Positions 21,266-31,662 of a stretch of 64,000 bases of DNA are shown here, in pieces (position 1 is the first letter of the stretch; every line of letters starts with the position of its first letter). Position numbers and translations under genes: made by a program. Source of the stretch: Nitrosopumilus sp. (lineage in GTDB: Archaea > Thermoproteota > Nitrososphaeria > Nitrososphaerales > Nitrosopumilaceae); contig OZ250186.1 in assembly GCA_965238275.1 (NCBI GenBank), positions 1,664,001 through 1,728,000 on the forward strand, read 5' to 3'. The notes below the pieces were generated by a model. That model ran no database searches, was not told the DNA's origin, and saw nothing but the letters and a program-made list of their open reading frames with translations.

Positions 21266-21970
21266 ATGGATGATCGGGACAAATTTGATTCGCAGTACCA
21301 CCAGCGGAGCATCATCGAGGCAGTCTTTGCCGCCCTCAAGAAGATGTACGGGGATGGCACCAGATGCCGAAAACACGAGAACCGGGCAAATGAGGTTGCG
21401 ATCCGCATCATGTGCTACAACGTCGAGCTCGTGGCCAGATTGCAGGCAAAAGACGGTAGGCTCACACAGGATCAAATCGCGATACTTGCAGCGTAACCGG
21501 CGCGTCTTGACACGCGCCTCCTAGCGGAGCCTCCGCACAGCGTCTTGGATTTGGGGGATTTTATGGGTTGTGGGGGATCGACGGTGCTGCACTGTTGATG
21601 CCGACGGGTTCTGGCACCAATCGTGTCTTTGACATCTTGGCACATGGGATGGCATTTTTTATTACTAGGACACACCCGGGTTACGGGGAAAACCACCGCA
21701 TAAATCATTGCCAGGACGGCGTCATCTGCGATTATCAGTTGGGTGAGTGGCGCTTTCACCTGTAAAAGGATCAGTCACTGCGGCCTCCACAATGCAGGTT
21801 GCGGCAGTCTGGCCGTCACTTCTGTCCCTCTGCAGACCCTCGGGTTGCTTGACGCTTGGACTGCCTGTGCCGGTCCCGTGCCGGGCATGGCAAACGCGGA
21901 CCTGCCAGCCGCCCACGCTGCATTGCATCCTGTAAAAAACTAAATCAGCAAGTATGCTCAAGCATGACTG

Positions 21971-22630
21971 GTGGATCTAGAAAAATTTCGCAACGACGTC
22001 TACGAGGTGACTGGCAGGCTCTCCGGGAACCTTGACGGTTCAGACATCCCCAAACTGAACCATGTCAGGCACCAGCTGATCGACATGTATCAAAAAAACC
22101 TTGTAAAGATAAACCACTCCGTGCTCGAACTCATCTGCGCTGCCGGCCTCATATCGCGCGGCTACACAGTTGACGTCGAAAAGCGCGTCTCTGAGATTCT
22201 GGTGTGCGACATTTATGCCCGAAAGGGCGACGGCAGCACCATCGTGGAGATAGAGACCGGCTTCACTCCCCCGGATCATGCACTGGACACCGTTGACTAC
22301 TATGCGGCCAGAATCATGAGCAAGATTGCCAGGTACAGCAGCCACTGCTCAAAGTTCTCCCTGGCAACCCCGGTCATGGGAATCCTGCCAATTCCGGCCA
22401 TCTTCCTGCTGCCGCCCAATGCAAGGAACGGCAGCGACGTGCAGGCAGTAAAAGATCTGTGCGACCGCTATTACAGGAACCCGCGCATCGGATACGACGA
22501 CATCCTTCATGCCCGCCTGCATTCAATCTATCTTATCCACATAGACAGGGGGTTTGCAAGGGAGGTGGACCCGCAGGGATACCTGGATATGACCGGCGAT
22601 CTTCTCCAAAGGAGCGAAGTCCGGTATTGA
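21971..22630 (+). CDS. hypothetical protein, possible PD-(D/E)xK fold
   Basis: VCDIYARKG...VEIETG resembles a nuclease-like D...E core. Confidence 0.7.
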   Translation: MDLEKFRNDVYEVTGRLSGNLDGSDIPKLNHVRHQLIDMYQKNLVKINHSVLELICAAGLISRGYTVDVEKRVSEILVCDIYARKGDGSTIVEIETGFTPPDHALDTVDYYAARIMSKIARYSSHCSKFSLATPVMGILPIPAIFLLPPNARNGSDVQAVKDLCDRYYRNPRIGYDDILHARLHSIYLIHIDRGFAREVDPQGYLDMTGDLLQRSEVRY

Positions 22631-22786
22631 GGATGCGGCCTCGCGCGTGGCCGGCTCCCCGCCAGGCTCGTCAGGCACGGGCATCTGGCGTCCGGGCGTT
22701 CCCTCCAGTACCTGACGAGCCTGGGCACGCACGCGGCCGCTGCCTGTCTGGAAAAAACTAAATTCATCCGTCTCCAATACTATTAG

Positions 22787-22921
22787 ATGATCTGTGCTGC
22801 ATGCGAGACGAGAAGACACTTTGAATGCATTGACTGCCTGAACAGCCACAAGACCTACCTGTGTTCCTGTGTCTGCCATGACGAGAACACGAAACCCCAT
22901 CCGGTCGGACGTTCCCACTGA
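22787..22921 (+). CDS. 44-aa Cys/His-rich putative metal-binding protein (not in the ORF track)
   Basis: MICAACETRRHFECIDCLNSHKTYLCSCVCHDENTKPHPVGRSH. Confidence 0.55.
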   Translation: MICAACETRRHFECIDCLNSHKTYLCSCVCHDENTKPHPVGRSH

Positions 22922-23123
22922 TTCCCGGCCCCATACGCCTTCCAGGCAGTTGAGGCCAGTCGGGACGCAGCGCAGCCCATGCCCAGACTGTGCCTGTAAT
23001 GGCGCCAAAGGCACGCGGGAATCTGGAGGGCCGGACGGCGACTGCCTGATGATCCCCCACGCTTGCCAGTCGCTTGCCAATACCCAAGATTCATAAATCA
23101 AAACAACACCCTAACCTCAAACT

Positions 23124-24848
23124 ATGGAACCATCCATGAAGACGATCGGTACCCTAGAGTACGTTCTTGACAGGTACTCCAAGGTGTGGAGCTGGAAGAT
23201 TACAGGCGATCGGGCTGTAAACATGATTGCAAGGCTGGTTCCTGAGGCGTGGTACGGCGAGAGCGCAGGCGAGGTGATAGTGCCTGACAGCACCGAAAAC
23301 GTCAGGCATCTCAAGCTCATCCTGGACCGATACCCGCTTGCGATCCTCTCAAAGTCAGTCTGGCAGAGGAAGATAATAAAGACCATAAAGCCCAAGCCCG
23401 TTGCGCCGTCTCCCCGGTACAACCTCAGCCGTGCAAAACCTGGCCCGCAGTTTCGGGGCAGCCTGCTGAACTTTCAAAAGGAGGGCCTGGATTTCCTGAT
23501 AAAGTCCTCAGGCAACGCACTGCTGGCAGACGAGATGGGCCTTGGCAAGACCGTCCAGACCCTGGCATATGCTGCCACGGAAAAACAGACGTTTCCCATA
23601 CTCGTGGTGGCCCCGCTGGTAACCCTGACCAACTGGGAGCGGGAGATTGAAAAGTTTCTCAAAAAGAAGAGCAGAAACGGCAGGATACAGGAATCCCGTT
23701 CTCCCAGCGTCACGACTATCCGCACAGGAAAGTCCGAGAATCTGCCAAAGACTGACATTTACCTGATAAACTACGACCTGCTCTTCAAGCGGTGCGGCGA
23801 CATAGCCCGACTTGGAATCCGGACCATAGTGTGCGACGAGGTGCACAACCTGAGATCCAAGACGACCCAGAAGTACAAGGCAGTCAAAAAGCTTGCAGCC
23901 CTGCCCTCCGTACTGTACAGGATAGGCCTGTCAGGAACCCCAATCTATAACCGCGGCTCGGAGATATGGCCGATCATCGACATAATACGGCCCGGCCTGC
24001 TTGGAAGCTTCAAGGAGTTTTGCGAATATTTCTGCTACGTGAATGAAAAGGGCAGGGCGATAGTACTTGAGAACAAGCGCGCCTCGCTCCGAAACGAGCT
24101 GCAAAAGCACGTCATGCTTCGGAGAAAAAAATCCGACGTCCTCAAGGAGCTCAAGGACAAGGTACGCTACAAGGAGATCATAGCATCTGACACCGAGTAC
24201 TACCTTGAGGAGCTGGACAAGATATGGAAGAACCTTGAAGAGGAGCAAAAGAAGGCAGACACCGAGTTTTCAAAGTCCGCATCATACTACCGGGCGATTC
24301 AGAGCGAGCGGCAGATAGCAGGAGTCGCAAAGCTTCCCCACGTGATAAACTTTGTCAAGAACATCATGGAAATTGAGGAGAGCGTGGTGGTGTTCTGCCA
24401 CCACAGGCTGATACACCGGCTCCTCCATGAGAACCTGCACGAGTTCTCGCCGGTCTCGATCATCGGGGGGCAGTCAGACACAGATAGGCAGGCCAGCATA
24501 GACAGGTTCCAAAACGGCGCATCAAAGCTGATGATTGCAGGAATCCGGGCCGGAAACGTGGGAATCAACCTGACCCAGGCAAAGTACGTAATCTTTGCCG
24601 AGCTTGACTGGAGTCCTGCAATCCACAGGCAGGCCGAAGACAGGCTTCACAGGATAGGCCAGAAGAACACCGTATTTGCATACTATCTCATCGGAAGCGG
24701 CACCCTCGACGACCACGTGGCCGACGTGCTTGTCGACAAGACGTACGAGATTGACGAGATCATGGACGAATCCACCGAGAGCTTTGAGAACAAGGAAAAG
24801 GCCGAACTCATACTGGCGCAGATCCAGGACCGGATCTACTCCAAGTAG
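23124..24848 (+). CDS. SNF2-family helicase/ATPase
   Basis: LLADEMGLGKT, DEVH, LSGTP, QAEDRLHRIGQ. Confidence 0.93.
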   Translation: MEPSMKTIGTLEYVLDRYSKVWSWKITGDRAVNMIARLVPEAWYGESAGEVIVPDSTENVRHLKLILDRYPLAILSKSVWQRKIIKTIKPKPVAPSPRYNLSRAKPGPQFRGSLLNFQKEGLDFLIKSSGNALLADEMGLGKTVQTLAYAATEKQTFPILVVAPLVTLTNWEREIEKFLKKKSRNGRIQESRSPSVTTIRTGKSENLPKTDIYLINYDLLFKRCGDIARLGIRTIVCDEVHNLRSKTTQKYKAVKKLAALPSVLYRIGLSGTPIYNRGSEIWPIIDIIRPGLLGSFKEFCEYFCYVNEKGRAIVLENKRASLRNELQKHVMLRRKKSDVLKELKDKVRYKEIIASDTEYYLEELDKIWKNLEEEQKKADTEFSKSASYYRAIQSERQIAGVAKLPHVINFVKNIMEIEESVVVFCHHRLIHRLLHENLHEFSPVSIIGGQSDTDRQASIDRFQNGASKLMIAGIRAGNVGINLTQAKYVIFAELDWSPAIHRQAEDRLHRIGQKNTVFAYYLIGSGTLDDHVADVLVDKTYEIDEIMDESTESFENKEKAELILAQIQDRIYSK

Positions 24849-24851
24849 ATC

Positions 24852-25469
24852 TCAGACCCCGATCCTCTTCTTCAGCGCGGCGATCCTTTCTGTGATTTTG
24901 TCCTTTTCTGCCTGGCTCATTGCAGCCCCTGAGACTGCCGCCTGAATCTCATCGATTATGGCCGTGGCCTCGCCTCCCCCGGATCCCGCATCGCCAGGCC
25001 CCGCCTCCCCAAAGCCCTCCGACTCTGTCCTGTCTATCCTCTGTACCCCGTCGGGAAGTATCTCGTACATCCTGAGCAGGCTCCCCTCCCGCCTCTGCGG
25101 GGACATCAGCACGTACTGCTTCCTTCTCAGTCCCTCCATGACCGGCTCAAGCCTGTCCTGGCCGACTCTGAGTATCTCTGCTACCTGCGCCATGCTGCAC
25201 GACTTTATCTGAAGCAGGCGCAGCACCCTTGCCCATACCGGAACCTCTGATGCCCACAGTATCGTCCTTGCCTGCCTTGTGATTGAAAACGTCCTGTCTT
25301 GGTTGAGTGATATCATGTCCCTGTCCTTGAGCGATGCCAGCGCATCCAGAATCCTTCCCACCCCGAGCCTCTTCAGGCTGGAGCGTTCCAGGTCGTTTTC
25401 ATTAAACGTGCCGCCGCGGCTCACTGCAAGATGCAGAATCTCCAGATCCGTGGTGCCAAGCCTTCTCAT
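24852..25469 (-). CDS. hypothetical protein, probable winged-helix domains
   Basis: ORF composition with repeated HTH-like segments. Confidence 0.6.
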   Translation of the reverse strand: MRRLGTTDLEILHLAVSRGGTFNENDLERSSLKRLGVGRILDALASLKDRDMISLNQDRTFSITRQARTILWASEVPVWARVLRLLQIKSCSMAQVAEILRVGQDRLEPVMEGLRRKQYVLMSPQRREGSLLRMYEILPDGVQRIDRTESEGFGEAGPGDAGSGGGEATAIIDEIQAAVSGAAMSQAEKDKITERIAALKKRIGV

Positions 25470-25629
25470 GGTGTGTGTGGTGGCGTGCAAGATTTATCAT
25501 TCTTTCCACAGGCGGCATGGCATCCCAGAAGGCCTTTGAGGGACCCTACCTGCACCGGTATGGCATGGCCTGGTCCGGACGGGAATGATGCGTATTTGCG
25601 ATTATATGTGGTGCGGACCAATCTGGTGC

Positions 25630-26418
25630 ATGGTCCTCTACGAGCTTCCCAGACTGGCCTACGGGCATGACTGCCTGGAGCCGTTTGCAGATTCAGAGAC
25701 GCTGAGGATCCACCATGAAGTGTTCCATCAGGAATGCGTCGACGGGCTGAACCGCGCCCTGGATGAGATCGGCGGCGGGTCGCACCCAAAGCACATCTCG
25801 GCAATCCTGTCGGATCTGGGCTCCGTACCAGAATCCGCACGGGATGCGGTGCGTTTCTTTGGAGGCGGCTTTGAGAACCACAGGATGTTCTGGGACGTGC
25901 TGGATCGGCTCGCCCCAGCACGTAAGGCACAGGATGCTGCTGGCGGCGGCGGCTCCCCGGGCGGCCTGCTGGGGGATGCCATTGACGTCTACTTTGACGG
26001 CTTTGAAAACTTTCAAAACGCCTTTTCACAAAAGGCGTCCGGCATCGAAGGCAGCGGCTGGTGCTGGCTTGCGTTCAATCCCACATACAGCAGGATTGAG
26101 ATCATGACGACCCAAAACAATGACAGCCCCTGGATGTTCCAGAGGACACCCCTCCTGTGCCTTGATGTATGGGAGCATGCGTACCATTCCAGATACCCGG
26201 ACAGCATACCTGACTATGTGGATGCGTGGTGGGGTGCTGTCAACTGGGACTATGTGGAGAACAGGTTGAGCTCCGGACATGGCCACCACACCTCCTTGGG
26301 TACCAAAACACGCAAAACCGAGCAATCCGGACAGCTGGCCATGCCCACACCTCCCACCATTACGTCATGCATTTTGAAATGGCATTGTACCAATGAGCAC
26401 ACAAAGATTGCAACTTGA
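25630..26418 (+). CDS. divergent Fe/Mn superoxide dismutase family protein with abnormal C-terminal extension
   Basis: LEP, HH, NHRMFW, GSGWCWL, DVWEHAY, VNWDYV. Confidence 0.8.
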   Translation: MVLYELPRLAYGHDCLEPFADSETLRIHHEVFHQECVDGLNRALDEIGGGSHPKHISAILSDLGSVPESARDAVRFFGGGFENHRMFWDVLDRLAPARKAQDAAGGGGSPGGLLGDAIDVYFDGFENFQNAFSQKASGIEGSGWCWLAFNPTYSRIEIMTTQNNDSPWMFQRTPLLCLDVWEHAYHSRYPDSIPDYVDAWWGAVNWDYVENRLSSGHGHHTSLGTKTRKTEQSGQLAMPTPPTITSCILKWHCTNEHTKIAT

Positions 26419-26897
26419 AGCAAAGATTGTTCAACTTGCAGGCGCGCATGGCCAGAACAACTCACGTGCGCCACACAATCCTGGCAGTCCGGATGATGCC
26501 GGCAATTCCAAACCATACCAGGACAAACGAAGCTACAACGTAAGGGAATTCACCGGATACCCAACGGATTGCAGACGAGCAGACATGCCGCGACTGATCC
26601 CACAGGCACCTACTCCCGTGAGACCCAGGACCTAAATGCCGTACCCAGCAGACTGCGCAGGTCGGGGGCCCGGCGGAATCAATGGCCCACCCTGTGGGGG
26701 CAGACAGGTTTGAACCCCTGTACGACGATGTGTAATGGATTTCATGCTTGCCACGAAGCCATAGCACTCAAGGGAGCTTATCGTACCACAACAATTCCAG
26801 CGAACCTGAGAGGTTCTGCAGGGCGCGCAAGATCCATTCTGGTACCAAGACACGCAAAACCCCAATACCTAAATCCCGGCCAAACCCTGTATGTGTA

Positions 26898-27148
26898 ATG
26901 GATTTCATGCTTGAAAGGAGCTTATCGACCTGATGACATTCTGCCTGCAGAACCCCGACTCGCCAGATGTTGCACAAAAACACCTGCGCATTACCGAGAT
27001 TGGCAGGGAGCTGTACGACGACGGGGGTGTTGACGCCCTTGAGAACTTTGCCTTCGTCTTAAAGAACAGGATCACGCAGGAGATAGGACTGGATCCCTCC
27101 CCGATGCGCCGGCTGTGGAACGGATTTACAGACGAGTGGAAACACTAG
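26898..27148 (+). pseudogene. hypothetical protein with a 1-nt frameshift near 26915
   Basis: MDFMLE then a shifted frame ELIDLMTFCLQNPD...LWNGFTDEWKH. Confidence 0.6.
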
Positions 27149-27277
27149 CATTATTGGATTGAAGCGCCTGCAGCAGACGGCACCCAAATTTACCCCGGTT
27201 TGTCCCCCGCGGTTCTGGCATGAAAAATCCCTGAAAACGTGGCGGTTGCTTTTGTATTGTGATTTGTATCAATTGGC

Positions 27278-27382
27278 ATGAGTGACGAATCTGATGAAAT
27301 CGATAAAAAAAAGATAAAAGAGGAAGCCAGAGACTTTATCAAGAAAAATAAGGCAGTCTTTGATCGTTTGGCCGAAATTTGA
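27278..27382 (+). CDS. 34-aa charged peptide, possibly antitoxin-like
   Basis: MSDESDEIDKKKIKEEARDFIKKNKAVFDRLAEI. Confidence 0.45.
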   Translation: MSDESDEIDKKKIKEEARDFIKKNKAVFDRLAEI

Positions 27383-27978
27383 TCACGATTGCCACACCAA
27401 CTGCACTACTGCATGAGATCATGCAGAAAATCCATATCTAAAAATGCCCTGAAAAATAAATTTGCGACGCTGGGCCGCAGGGGGCGCTCGGCAAATTTTC
27501 CAGAAAATAGGATTGGTTCCATTCCGGCTGCGGAATGGATTTACAGGCAAATAAAAATGCCCGGGTGTTATCCGCTGCCGATTCTAAAGATTGCAGTGCT
27601 ACATGCAGGACAGGTACCCTTGACTGCCGGCCTTCCATTCTTCATGGTATACGGCCTGGCACTACTCATGCTACGCTTATCCCGACATTTGACACAATAT
27701 CCAATTGTCATGGTTAAAGGGCGCCTGCAGCGCTATTAGCGCCTCATGTTGATTTTTTTTTACCAACAGACAAGCTTTGGATGCAAGTTACCGGCGCGGC
27801 CAGACTCGCCTCGGGGCATTTGGCACCATCTGCGCGCAATCAGGATCAAGCCCCGCAATGCCATCATGCACAATCCCTGCGTAAAAGAGGCTGCCGCGCC
27901 TCCGTCCAGGTATCGTTCTGCCGCCCCGCTCCTGAACCGCCTGGAGCAGCAGCAGCAGTCGCCGCCGCCGCCCCCTGC

Positions 27979-29406
27979 CTACGCCGTGACTATCTTGCCG
28001 GGGTTGAGTATGCCCTTGGGATCAAACAGCCTCTTTGCGTCTGCAAACGCCTGGCAGTTTCTTTTGCCGTACTGCATCCTGACGAATCCGGAGCGCGCCA
28101 GCCCGTCCCCGTGCTCTGCAGACATGGTCCCCCCAAGCCGGACAATCTCACCGAAATACTCCCCTGCAATGTCCTGGACTGACCCGATGTCACCCTCAGA
28201 CACCAGGCGGACATGGATGTTTGCATCCCCTGCATGCCCGTACGTGATGGTGCGGGTATGATGCCTTTTGTTGATTCCCTCGAGTGCGGCAAACAGGTCC
28301 TGCAGCCTCTCGGGGGGAACTGCTGCATCCTCGATGATGTGTGGGATCCTGTGCGTCTTTCCTGCATCCTTTAGGCTGTAGTGGAGCGCCGAGCCCCTGT
28401 ACCTCTGCCATCTGAGGATCTCCGCACCGTCCTCTGTCCGCGCAACAACCCTGCTGCCTGCAGTCTCCTCTGGCTCTGCATGCCCTTCCTCATCGTACTC
28501 TACAAACAGCAGGCACTCCGTGGAATGATCAATTCCGGCATCACCAATGTGTTCAAGTATCGCCCTGTCCACAAACTCGATTGCCGCCGGGCCCGTCCTG
28601 CGAATGACGCTGCAGTCCTGCAGTGCGGCGCGGATGGAACCATACCCCATCACGACAAGGAGCCGGTACTCCGGGATGTCGCGTGTCTTGAGTTCTGCTG
28701 ACGTGACTATCCCAAGCGTCCCCTCCGAGCCGATGAGAACCCTGTGGGAGTCCCCGACTGTTCTTACTGCATCCAGCCTGTACCCTGAGGCGTTCTTTGT
28801 CACCCGGGGGAACCTGTCCCTCTGAATCCCCGATGCTATCCCAAGAACGCTCCGCCCCACATCCTCGTCATCCGGAAGCGTTATCCTGTTGCCCCTCCCG
28901 TCGATGAACGTAATCCGGGTAACGTTGTCAATCGTGCTGCCGTACTTGAGGCTCCTGCTTCCGCCCGCATTGCACCCGATCATCCCCCCTATGGAGCAGA
29001 ATGCCCCGACTGACGGGTTTGGGGCAAAGAATCTTCCCTGGCCCTCCAGAACCATCCCGAGGCGTCCGATGGTGGTTCCTGCGCCCACGCCGACTATGCC
29101 CGAGCCGATTTTGTCAGGATCGATCCCGTCAATGTTTTTCATGTCAAGTATGATCCCCCTGTTCAGCGCGTTTCCAACGAGTCCGGTTCCCGCCCCGCGC
29201 ACGGTTACCGGCAGGTTTGATTCTGCTGCCACATTCACCGTCCCGATAATGTCGTCCTCGTCCCTTGGAATGACCACTACGTCTGGAACCACCCGGTACA
29301 TGCTTGCATCGACCGAGTACAAATTCATCATCTCGTCTCGCACCAGCACGTCTCCGCGGACCGCCCTCTCAAGCGCCCTGGCCGCCGTCCTCCTACTCCC
29401 CTTCAT
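27979..29406 (-). CDS. FAD-binding oxidoreductase (GlcD/D-lactate dehydrogenase-like)
   Basis: RGAGTG, GSEGTLG, GHAGDANIH, AEHGDG, FDPKGILNPGK. Confidence 0.9.
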   Translation of the reverse strand: MKGSRRTAARALERAVRGDVLVRDEMMNLYSVDASMYRVVPDVVVIPRDEDDIIGTVNVAAESNLPVTVRGAGTGLVGNALNRGIILDMKNIDGIDPDKIGSGIVGVGAGTTIGRLGMVLEGQGRFFAPNPSVGAFCSIGGMIGCNAGGSRSLKYGSTIDNVTRITFIDGRGNRITLPDDEDVGRSVLGIASGIQRDRFPRVTKNASGYRLDAVRTVGDSHRVLIGSEGTLGIVTSAELKTRDIPEYRLLVVMGYGSIRAALQDCSVIRRTGPAAIEFVDRAILEHIGDAGIDHSTECLLFVEYDEEGHAEPEETAGSRVVARTEDGAEILRWQRYRGSALHYSLKDAGKTHRIPHIIEDAAVPPERLQDLFAALEGINKRHHTRTITYGHAGDANIHVRLVSEGDIGSVQDIAGEYFGEIVRLGGTMSAEHGDGLARSGFVRMQYGKRNCQAFADAKRLFDPKGILNPGKIVTA

Positions 29407-29415
29407 GTATTCCCC

Positions 29416-30729
29416 CTAGACCCTGACTCGATAATAGTCCCATCTTTCCGGATCACAATACCGGACAAACTCTGCATTCTCCTTTTCCATCCTGGCCTGG
29501 ATCACGTCGCGCAGCGCAAAACTTGTCAGGTACTGGTATTTTTTGGAATGGGCCTGCATGATGAACAGGTGCCTCATCTCGCTTCCGCCCCTGAGGCCCC
29601 AGTATCCCATCTTGAGCACCAGCGGTTCCAGGAATACGGTGTTTCCGCGGCCGCGGTTTTCGTCTGCTATGTCTTCTCGAATCTGGTACCTCTCCAGCGG
29701 GCCGCCCTTTGCAAACCCCACGATCACGCCGTTTTTGTCATTGAGCCTCAGGGTGTTCAGGATGGTCCGGGAATCCATGACCGACTCGCCGAACCTGTCC
29801 TTTTCAAACTGCAGCGGCGTCGGAATCTCCTTGAATATGTCGTAAAGCGTCTTGATAAAGTTCGGATCCCTCCTCGTGCTCATCATCTCTATGGTGGGCA
29901 CAAGCTTGAGGTTCTCGTAGGTGTGGTCTGCCTGTATTAGAATCTCCTGCTCCCTTATCTTCATAAATGACAGGACCGCGTTAAAAAAATTCTCCCTCAT
30001 GGCCTTCGGAAGGCATCTGAGAACGGCCTTCGTCATCCTCTTCTCCGTATCAAAGAGCTCCTCAAAGTATGCCACCGTATTCCTCACTATGAGCGAGGGC
30101 CTCATCGCGTTTGCATGCGCATTCATCTTGGCCCGCTCCATCGATCTTGTAAAGTCTCCCATCGCATACCCGCTGATCCTGTCTGCCACTGACAGGCACA
30201 TCCCCATGTCCATGACATACCTCCGTCTGTCCTCGGTGAGGTTCGATTTTTCAAAGCAACGCATTATCTGCTTTTCTGCATTGCTCTTCAACTCGCCCCT
30301 CCACGGGTACCCGGTTCTCAGAATCATCACCTTGATTATCTCAAAGTCGATTCCCGCGGCCTGCATCAACTCCTGCAGCCTCTCGTCAACGCCGATGAAC
30401 CTTATGACGCTGGCCTCGTGCGGCTTGTCTACGTTCTTTTGCGGGTCAAAGTCGTGCAGCAGGGCGGCAACATACATGTACTTTATGTCCTCCTCGTTTA
30501 TCCGAACCTCGTTTTGCTCAGTGGAGAGCAGCGAGACGTACGTTACCTCCAGCTCGTGGTTGATGTTGTGGTACCCGTAGTATCTCTTTCCCAGACCCCG
30601 GGTCTCAAACAGGTTGATGGTATAGTCCAGCATCTCCGTATAGCACTTGTCGTCGAGTCCCTTTCGTGCCATCATGTCGAGAATATCATCTCTCAGGGAC
30701 TGGGTGCTTGCAATCTGCTGCAATACCAC
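29416..30729 (-). CDS. HD-domain protein
   Basis: YHNINH, AALLHD, ADRI. Confidence 0.85.
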   Translation of the reverse strand: MVLQQIASTQSLRDDILDMMARKGLDDKCYTEMLDYTINLFETRGLGKRYYGYHNINHELEVTYVSLLSTEQNEVRINEEDIKYMYVAALLHDFDPQKNVDKPHEASVIRFIGVDERLQELMQAAGIDFEIIKVMILRTGYPWRGELKSNAEKQIMRCFEKSNLTEDRRRYVMDMGMCLSVADRISGYAMGDFTRSMERAKMNAHANAMRPSLIVRNTVAYFEELFDTEKRMTKAVLRCLPKAMRENFFNAVLSFMKIREQEILIQADHTYENLKLVPTIEMMSTRRDPNFIKTLYDIFKEIPTPLQFEKDRFGESVMDSRTILNTLRLNDKNGVIVGFAKGGPLERYQIREDIADENRGRGNTVFLEPLVLKMGYWGLRGGSEMRHLFIMQAHSKKYQYLTSFALRDVIQARMEKENAEFVRYCDPERWDYYRVRV

Positions 30730-30797
30730 TATATCCCGATTGGCTCTTTTAAGCTCTCTGCTGCGGGGCTTGCATGATTCCGTGCTCTTGACTGGCC

Positions 30798-31460
30798 TTA
30801 CCTGAACTTGAATGTCTTGACGGCATGATCAAAATGGTGCAGGTTTTCATAGTACTCGTCAAGCTCGCTCCCGTATGATACCGAATACATGGTGGTGCCT
30901 GCGACAGTGATCGTCTCCACGGCCTTGATGGTCGGCAGGCCGGAGTCTTGCATGTCGTCGATCGTATATTCCATGGTTATGGCCGGCCTCCCGCCCAGCT
31001 CGCCCCACCTGCTGTCAAGGATCGTGACGTCTATGCCGTATTTTGTCTCGGATGCTGCCATTATGTCAAGCAGCGCGCCCTCGTATTCGTCTCGTACCAA
31101 ATCCGACTTTGCCGTGTGTATCATGATGTTGGCCGGAAAGACGCTGCCTGCAAGCGATTCGGGTTCGGCATACCCATAAAACTTGTTGTCGTGCACCCTG
31201 CCTCCGGTAGCCTCCCTGATTACCCCGTCAGTCTCCAAGTCAGACAACACGTTTGAGGGCCGGCTCTGCCAGTCGGCGGGCAGTTCAAGCTCGTACTTGT
31301 CGGCATGCAATACCTCGTAATCCCCCAGGGGCGTTTTGTAATCTAGAGCAACCCTGGCAATGGATCTGGAATCTGCCTGCTCGGCGTACATTATGCCGAA
31401 AACCACCGTCGTTACAGCCACGGCCGCAAGCGCACCCACGACCATCACGCGTTTCATCAC
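30798..31460 (-). CDS. secreted PsbP-like hypothetical protein
   Basis: N-terminal signal/TM segment; LPADW, LGGRPA, C-terminal KTFKF. Confidence 0.65.
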   Translation of the reverse strand: MMKRVMVVGALAAVAVTTVVFGIMYAEQADSRSIARVALDYKTPLGDYEVLHADKYELELPADWQSRPSNVLSDLETDGVIREATGGRVHDNKFYGYAEPESLAGSVFPANIMIHTAKSDLVRDEYEGALLDIMAASETKYGIDVTILDSRWGELGGRPAITMEYTIDDMQDSGLPTIKAVETITVAGTTMYSVSYGSELDEYYENLHHFDHAVKTFKFR

Positions 31461-31662
31461 GCGTCGTGATAAAGCCCCGCATTAAAAATCATTAGAGCGC
31501 AATCCCGGACCCTCGGGTCCCCCTGCCGGCATGCCGGCCCTGCCGTCAAAGATTCATGCCCGACGCCACCGTGTGCACGGATAAAAACGGGGCGATGGCT
31601 GCCATGGATGGGCGGCACCGTGGAATTTTGCGCATGATTCTGCCAGTCCCAAATTCTGCTTA

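Larger units (their letters stand above)
18849..21496 (+). pseudogene. IS5 transposase split into 18849-19583 and 21266-21496
   Basis: ADSTG, KLH, LDSAY in the 5' part; YHQRSIIEAVFAALK in the 3' part; the parts rejoin as LYMDDRDKF. Confidence 0.88.
18780..21677 (+). mobile_element. IS5-family element interrupted by a nested IS
   Basis: TIRs GGGTGTGTCCTAG / CTAGGACACACCC; 9-bp TSD GGGTGACGG / GGGTTACGG (1 mismatch). Confidence 0.85.
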
